DNA of 64,000 nucleotides from Desulfobulbus sp. (lineage in GTDB: Bacteria; Desulfobacterota; Desulfobulbia; Desulfobulbales; Desulfobulbaceae), in assembly GCA_040776885.1 (NCBI GenBank), contig JAXGZR010000004.1, positions 240,320-304,319 on the forward strand. The letters run 5' to 3'. The first letter of the stretch is position 1, and every line of letters starts with the position of its first letter. The notes under the pieces are model-generated. The model had not been told where the DNA came from. It saw only the letters and a list, made by a program, of their open reading frames with translations, and made no database searches. The position numbers were made by a program, and so were the translations under genes. Shown here piece after piece: positions 59,326 through 64,000 of this stretch.

Positions 59326-60363
59326 TTATTTTGGCAGTTGGTCGGCAATGGGCATGAGCTTTGCGCCCAATTCCCCGCTTTTTGCCAGATAACTGTCTCG
59401 CAAGGCCGCAGTTGCTTGCACAAAATCCCGGCGCTCCTCGCTGCTGAGCTCGTGTACCATCAGACCCGCAGCCCGAATGGCGGCCAGGGCCTCGTCTTCA
59501 GCCTTGGCCACTTCCTGGCGGATAAAGGCTTCGGCATCCTGCGAGGCTTTGGCCAGAATCTCCTGCTGGTCGTTGTCCAGGCCGTTCCACCACTTTTGAT
59601 TGGCCTGCACCAAGAATTCGGCGGTGCTGTAGTTGGCCAAGGTCATGTATTTTTGTACTTCAGTGACCTTGCGTGCCACAGCCGCGGGCATGCCGGTGGT
59701 GGTGCCGTCAATGGTGCCGCGCTGCAAGGCCATGTATAATTCAGAGGAGCTGATGATGGTGGGGGCAGCGCCCAAGGCTTTCAGGATTTCGGCATCACCA
59801 GCTGAAAAGGCGCGCATGGTCAGGCCGTTGAAATCAGCAGGAGCTCTGAGCGGCCGCTTACTATTGAAAAACTGCACATACCCGTAATCCACCCAAAAGA
59901 GGACCTTGGCCCCGTATTTGGCAAAGGCTTCATCAAAGAGTGGGGCTGCGCCGCTGTTTAAGAACTGCTCAAGCGATTGCAGGTTGGTAAAGGTGAATGG
60001 GACTTCAAAAATATCGACTGCCGGCAGAATACCCGACCACTTGTTCACTGGCACCAGACCAATTTCCGTACTGCCATTGCGGATGGCCTTAACGATTTCG
60101 GCATCGCGAAAGAGGGAGCCAGAGTCAAAAATTTTCACCTCCATCTCGCCATTGGAGTATTCTTTCACCTTGTCGGCAAAGACCTGCAACCCCTTGGATA
60201 CATGGTGCTGGGGCGGGAATTGATTGGAGAGTTTGATGGCAGCGGCGGCCGTCGCGTTTCCTGCGTTCAAAAGAAGGCAAAGGCAGAGCGCCGCCACCCA
60301 AAGGGAAGTAGCTCGGAAGCTTGAAATCCGGCGGATCGTCGCACCAGTCAGAAAGGCATGCAT
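59326..60363 (-). CDS. TRAP substrate-binding protein (DctP family)
   Basis: Signal peptide, FDSGSLF, PLRAPADFNGLTMRAF, ELYMALQRGTIDG. Confidence 0.92.
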   Translation of the reverse strand: MHAFLTGATIRRISSFRATSLWVAALCLCLLLNAGNATAAAAIKLSNQFPPQHHVSKGLQVFADKVKEYSNGEMEVKIFDSGSLFRDAEIVKAIRNGSTEIGLVPVNKWSGILPAVDIFEVPFTFTNLQSLEQFLNSGAAPLFDEAFAKYGAKVLFWVDYGYVQFFNSKRPLRAPADFNGLTMRAFSAGDAEILKALGAAPTIISSSELYMALQRGTIDGTTTGMPAAVARKVTEVQKYMTLANYSTAEFLVQANQKWWNGLDNDQQEILAKASQDAEAFIRQEVAKAEDEALAAIRAAGLMVHELSSEERRDFVQATAALRDSYLAKSGELGAKLMPIADQLPK

Positions 60364-60459
60364 GTGTTATTCTCCTAAAAAACGGGTTGAGGCAAGTTGT
60401 AACAGTAGTTGTTGCGTTGCTGTTGGACTGTAAAAAAACAAAAGAGAAACATATCGTAA

Positions 60460-60475
60460 AGCCAGGTGAAAGCCA
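60460..60475 (-). promoter_or_regulatory. Possible sigma54 -24/-12 element for the TRAP operon
   Basis: Minus strand TGGCTTTCACCTGGCT keeps GG-N10-GC spacing but is otherwise an imperfect match. Confidence 0.25.
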
Positions 60476-60612
60476 AGGGTAATGCGACGCAGGAGGGAGC
60501 GTATCCCGCAGGTATTTTTTCTGATGCACAGGACTGAACGCTGCTTTGGAGATTATAGAGCACTTGTGGTATACTGCTTGGTTTGAAAGATTAGAGGAGT
60601 GGGGCTCAGGAT

Positions 60613-61962
60613 ATGAGTGCAAAAAAGTTGAAAGTGCTGGTGGTGGATGACGAGCGGGTGCACCGTTTTGCCTTGTCTTCTCTTTTTGCTGACTGGGGTT
60701 GGGAGACAGAAGAGGCAGACGACGGCGTGGCCGCAGTGGCTGCAGTGGAGGCCGGTCCTTTTGACGCCATCCTCATGGATGTGCGTATGGCGCGCATGGA
60801 CGGCATGGAGGCCCTGCGCCGTATCCGCGCGATCAATCCTGCAATTCCGGTCATTATCATGACCGCCTTTTCTTCGGTGGATTCGGCAGTGGCTGCCATC
60901 AAGCAGGGAGCGCAGGATTATCTGACCAAACCGTTGGATTTTGAGCGCCTGCGCACCACAATGGAAGTGGCCATGGGACACCGTCAACCAGAGGAAGATA
61001 CTCCGTTGCAGGGACTGGACATCGAGGGGGATATGCGCATGATTGGCCAGTCTCCGCCCATGCTTGCCCTGTGGGAGATGATTGTGCAGGTGGCGCCCAC
61101 CATGGCCACGGTGCTGATTACCGGCGAGTCGGGTACGGGCAAGGAACTGGTTGCTGCGGCCCTGCACCACAAAAGTACCCGCGCCAAAGGTCCTTTCATC
61201 AAGATCAACTGTGCAGCTTTAACGGAAACGCTTTTGGAATCAGAACTTTTTGGGCACGAGCGTGGTGCCTTCACTGGCGCGGATCGTCGTCGTGAAGGTC
61301 GCTTTGTTCAGGCCCAGGGCGGCACTCTTTTTCTCGATGAAATCGGCGACACTTCACCGGCCATGCAGGTCAAACTGCTCAGGGCCTTGCAGGAGCACGA
61401 GGTGCAGCGGGTGGGTGGGCAAGAGACCATCCAGGTGGATGCCCGCATTCTGGCCGCCACCAACCGCAATCTGGAAGAAGCGGTGCAGCAGGGTATGTTC
61501 CGCGAAGATCTGTACTACCGTCTCAAGGTGGTGGAGTTGGAGGTGCCGCCCCTGCGGGAGCGTCGGGGAGACGTACCACTTTTAACCTCTTACTTTGTGC
61601 AGAAGTTCGCCAATCAAAACAAACGCGAAGTTAAGGGACTTACACCAGATTGCATGGATCTGTTCAACCGCTATCCCTGGCCAGGCAACGTGCGCGAGCT
61701 AGAGCACGCTATTGAGCGCGGGGTTATCCTCATGCGCGGTGACTATCTGGATGACTCTGTTCTGCCGCTGGCGTTGCAGCGTTGGGCGGGTTTGCACGGG
61801 GAGGAAATCGACGAAGAGCCCGCCACCTTGAAGGAGGCGGAAAAGGCACTCATTCTCAAAACCCTGGAGGAAACCGGCGGCAATCGCAGTGAAGCAGCCC
61901 GCCGTTTGCAGATTACGCGAAAAACCCTGTTCAACAAGCTGAAGAGTTACGATCTTGCCTAA
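60613..61962 (+). CDS. Sigma54-dependent response regulator (NtrC/ZraR family)
   Basis: REC (VVDDE, MDVRM), [29 protein letters not shown], Fis-type HTH. Confidence 0.95.
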   Translation: MSAKKLKVLVVDDERVHRFALSSLFADWGWETEEADDGVAAVAAVEAGPFDAILMDVRMARMDGMEALRRIRAINPAIPVIIMTAFSSVDSAVAAIKQGAQDYLTKPLDFERLRTTMEVAMGHRQPEEDTPLQGLDIEGDMRMIGQSPPMLALWEMIVQVAPTMATVLITGESGTGKELVAAALHHKSTRAKGPFIKINCAALTETLLESELFGHERGAFTGADRRREGRFVQAQGGTLFLDEIGDTSPAMQVKLLRALQEHEVQRVGGQETIQVDARILAATNRNLEEAVQQGMFREDLYYRLKVVELEVPPLRERRGDVPLLTSYFVQKFANQNKREVKGLTPDCMDLFNRYPWPGNVRELEHAIERGVILMRGDYLDDSVLPLALQRWAGLHGEEIDEEPATLKEAEKALILKTLEETGGNRSEAARRLQITRKTLFNKLKSYDLA

Positions 61963-62005
61963 TCCCCATGGCCTATCCATGCCATTTGTTAAATGGACAA
62001 CTCTG

Positions 62006-62089
62006 TTGACTCTCGCGTTTATTTGTGTATAAAATAATCTCTCTGTGCGCCTGCCGAATAGTCTTTTCCGGCAGGCTTCCTTTTTCTTT
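62006..62089 (+). promoter_or_regulatory. Sigma70-like promoter immediately followed by a terminator-like hairpin, upstream of the aminotransferase
   Basis: TTGACT 62006-62011, TATAAA 62028-62033; GCCTGCCG-12nt-CGGCAGGC 62049-62076 then TTCCTTTTTCTTT. Confidence 0.5.
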
Positions 62090-62102
62090 GTAGGCCTTAA
62101 CG

Positions 62103-63437
62103 ATGCGAACAGATATTTTACATGCCGGTGCTGGTGTCCTGACCTATGAAATCCGTAATATTGTTGCGGTGGCCGAGCAGCTCGAGCGGTTGGGTGTGCA
62201 GGTGTATTACGAAAACATCGGTGATCCGGTGGCCAAGGGTGAAGAGATACCTGATTGGATGAAAGATATCGTGGCCGATGCAGTGCGCGACAACGCCACC
62301 TACGCCTATAGCCCCACCAAAGGTATGCTGGAAGCGCGTGAGTTTGTTGCCAAAATCACCAACAGCAAGGGTGGTGCGCAGATCGATGCCGAGGATGTTA
62401 TTTTTTTCAACGGTCTGGGCGACGCCATTTCCAAAGTGTATGGCTTTCTCAAACGCACTGCCAGGGTAATCGTGCCCACACCGAGTTACACTACCCACTC
62501 TTCGGCCGAAGCGGCCCATGCCGGAGCCGAGCCTGTTACCTATATCCTCGACCCCAACCATCTCTGGTATCCGGATTTGGAGGATATAGAAAACCATATT
62601 AAGTACAATCCGGCGGTGGCAGGCATTCTTGTCATCAATCCAGACAACCCCACCGGCGCAGTGTATCCTGCCGAGGTGATGCGGGCTATTGTCGACATCT
62701 GCGAGAAGAATGATCTCTTCATCATCTGTGATGAAGTGTACCAGAATATGACCTTCAACGACACGGTGTGTACGCCCCTGTGCACAGTGATCGACAACAA
62801 GGTGCCAGCCATATGTATGCGTGGTATTTCTAAGGAAATGCCCTGGCCCGGCAGTCGCTGCGGCTGGATTGAAGTGTACAACCGCAAGCGCGATCCAATG
62901 TTTGCCACCTATGTGCAGTCCATCCTTAACGCCAAGATGCTGGAGGTGTGCTCCGCCACCCTGCCGCAGGTGGTTATGCCGCGCATCAAGGCGCATCCGC
63001 AGTACTGGCCTTATCTCCAACAGCGCATTCGCCTCTATGAGCGTAACTCCAATATTGCCTACGATACCCTAAAGGGGCTAAAGGGAGTGTTGGTGAATCG
63101 CACCAATGGCGCTTTTTACATGAGCGTGGTTTTTGAGGAGGGTGTGCTCAATCACATGCAGTCACTGCCCATTGCCAATGATGCGGTGCGCGCCACTGTG
63201 GAGCATCTGGTTACCGGTGCAGGCGTGCAGCCGGACAAGCGCTTTGTCTATCATTTGCTGGCTTCCACTGGTATCTGCGTGGTGCCGCTCTCCTCGTTTG
63301 CCACCGACCTGCAGGGCTTCCGTATTACCCTGCTTGAGAGCGACGAGGCCAAGTGCATCAGTATTTTCAACACCATTGCCCAAAGTATTGAGCAGTACAT
63401 CAGTTCATACGAAAACGGTCGTCGCTGCGACCTGTAG
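62103..63437 (+). CDS. PLP-dependent aminotransferase class I/II
   Basis: ENIGDP, FFNG, INPDNPTG, CDEVY, RGISKEMPWPGSRCGW. Confidence 0.92.
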   Translation: MRTDILHAGAGVLTYEIRNIVAVAEQLERLGVQVYYENIGDPVAKGEEIPDWMKDIVADAVRDNATYAYSPTKGMLEAREFVAKITNSKGGAQIDAEDVIFFNGLGDAISKVYGFLKRTARVIVPTPSYTTHSSAEAAHAGAEPVTYILDPNHLWYPDLEDIENHIKYNPAVAGILVINPDNPTGAVYPAEVMRAIVDICEKNDLFIICDEVYQNMTFNDTVCTPLCTVIDNKVPAICMRGISKEMPWPGSRCGWIEVYNRKRDPMFATYVQSILNAKMLEVCSATLPQVVMPRIKAHPQYWPYLQQRIRLYERNSNIAYDTLKGLKGVLVNRTNGAFYMSVVFEEGVLNHMQSLPIANDAVRATVEHLVTGAGVQPDKRFVYHLLASTGICVVPLSSFATDLQGFRITLLESDEAKCISIFNTIAQSIEQYISSYENGRRCDL

Positions 63438-63455
63438 ACCGTCTGGAAGAAGGAC

Positions 63456-63485
63456 CATGCTGCATGCACTCAGTCATGCAGCATG
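63456..63485. terminator. Stem-loop after the aminotransferase
   Basis: CATGCTGCATG-8nt-CATGCAGCATG perfect 11-bp stem, T-rich downstream. Confidence 0.5.
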
Positions 63486-63651
63486 ATTGTCTTTACTGCA
63501 CTTATTTTCTTGTACTATCTGCCACACCGCTTCCCCCACCACCACACACGCAAGCGATCCCCGCAAACGATCGGTCAAAATTGGTTCCCGCCGGGTATCA
63601 CGACTGTCCGTACCGACTCGGCCCTCCGGTCTTGATGGCAAGTGCATCAAC

Positions 63652-63675
63652 TAATCATACAATTAATCATACAAT
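63652..63675. repeat. Tandem 12-bp repeat TAATCATACAAT x2
   Basis: Exact copies at 63652-63663 and 63664-63675. Confidence 0.7.
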
Positions 63676-64000
63676 TTCGTAGCAATACATATCTATGGAA
63701 ACGGTTTGTCGTTTCACTGGCAAGAACACCTGCCCACCAGCGTCTTGAAGACCACTCTACGCCTGCTCTGGTTCTTTTGTTATGCTTTGTTTTTGGCCAG
63801 TAATATTTTTTTGTTTTTTGTGGGAAAATTGGTTGAAAATAGCGCTGGGCCTGTTAGTTTGTTACGTATTCGAAGTGAGTGTTATTCTCTGGTGTGCCGT
63901 GGCCAAGAGACAAGGTGCCACCACAGTAAGGTGCCACCGCAGGTGGCAGGCGCTGCCTGCCCTTAAAAGATGCAAGAGCGCGGATAAAGCAAGCCTTTGT

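Noticed and set aside
63700-63940. Sigma54 promoters from TGGCAC/TTGC-like words near the window end
   Set aside because: Spacing is GG-N11-GC or the -12 element is missing.

Overview
Bacterial chromosomal window. Gene content and synteny suggest a sulfate-reducing Desulfobacterota, probably Desulfobulbaceae-like (inference). It is mostly housekeeping: hisD, rsmG, leuB, asd, lysS-lolE-lolD, rlmN, trmFO, rplM-rpsI-argC-truA-maf, tRNA-Gly(GCC), hisB, ttcA. Accessory blocks are: (i) Na+-translocating decarboxylase membrane/biotin subunits with no carboxyltransferase next to them; (ii) a 7-kb feoAB locus with three DUF4198-type periplasmic proteins and two promoters carrying DtxR/MntR-type TTAG-N6-CTAA boxes; (iii) a DUF169 gene whose leader holds two exact 37-bp repeats 33 bp apart plus a 32-bp palindrome with ModE-box geometry; (iv) a T7 gp4/Twinkle-like primase-helicase whose primase acidic residues are lost, next to a low-GC YfhO-like glycosylation gene and a HerA-like ATPase; (v) a TRAP transporter with a divergent sigma54 regulator. 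Three full-length IS elements (IS1182-like, ISL3, IS1595) and a decayed IS5 fragment are present. An unlisted 52-aa ORF at 85-243 carries an ArfA-like motif. Family assignments come from recognising motifs by eye; no searches were run.
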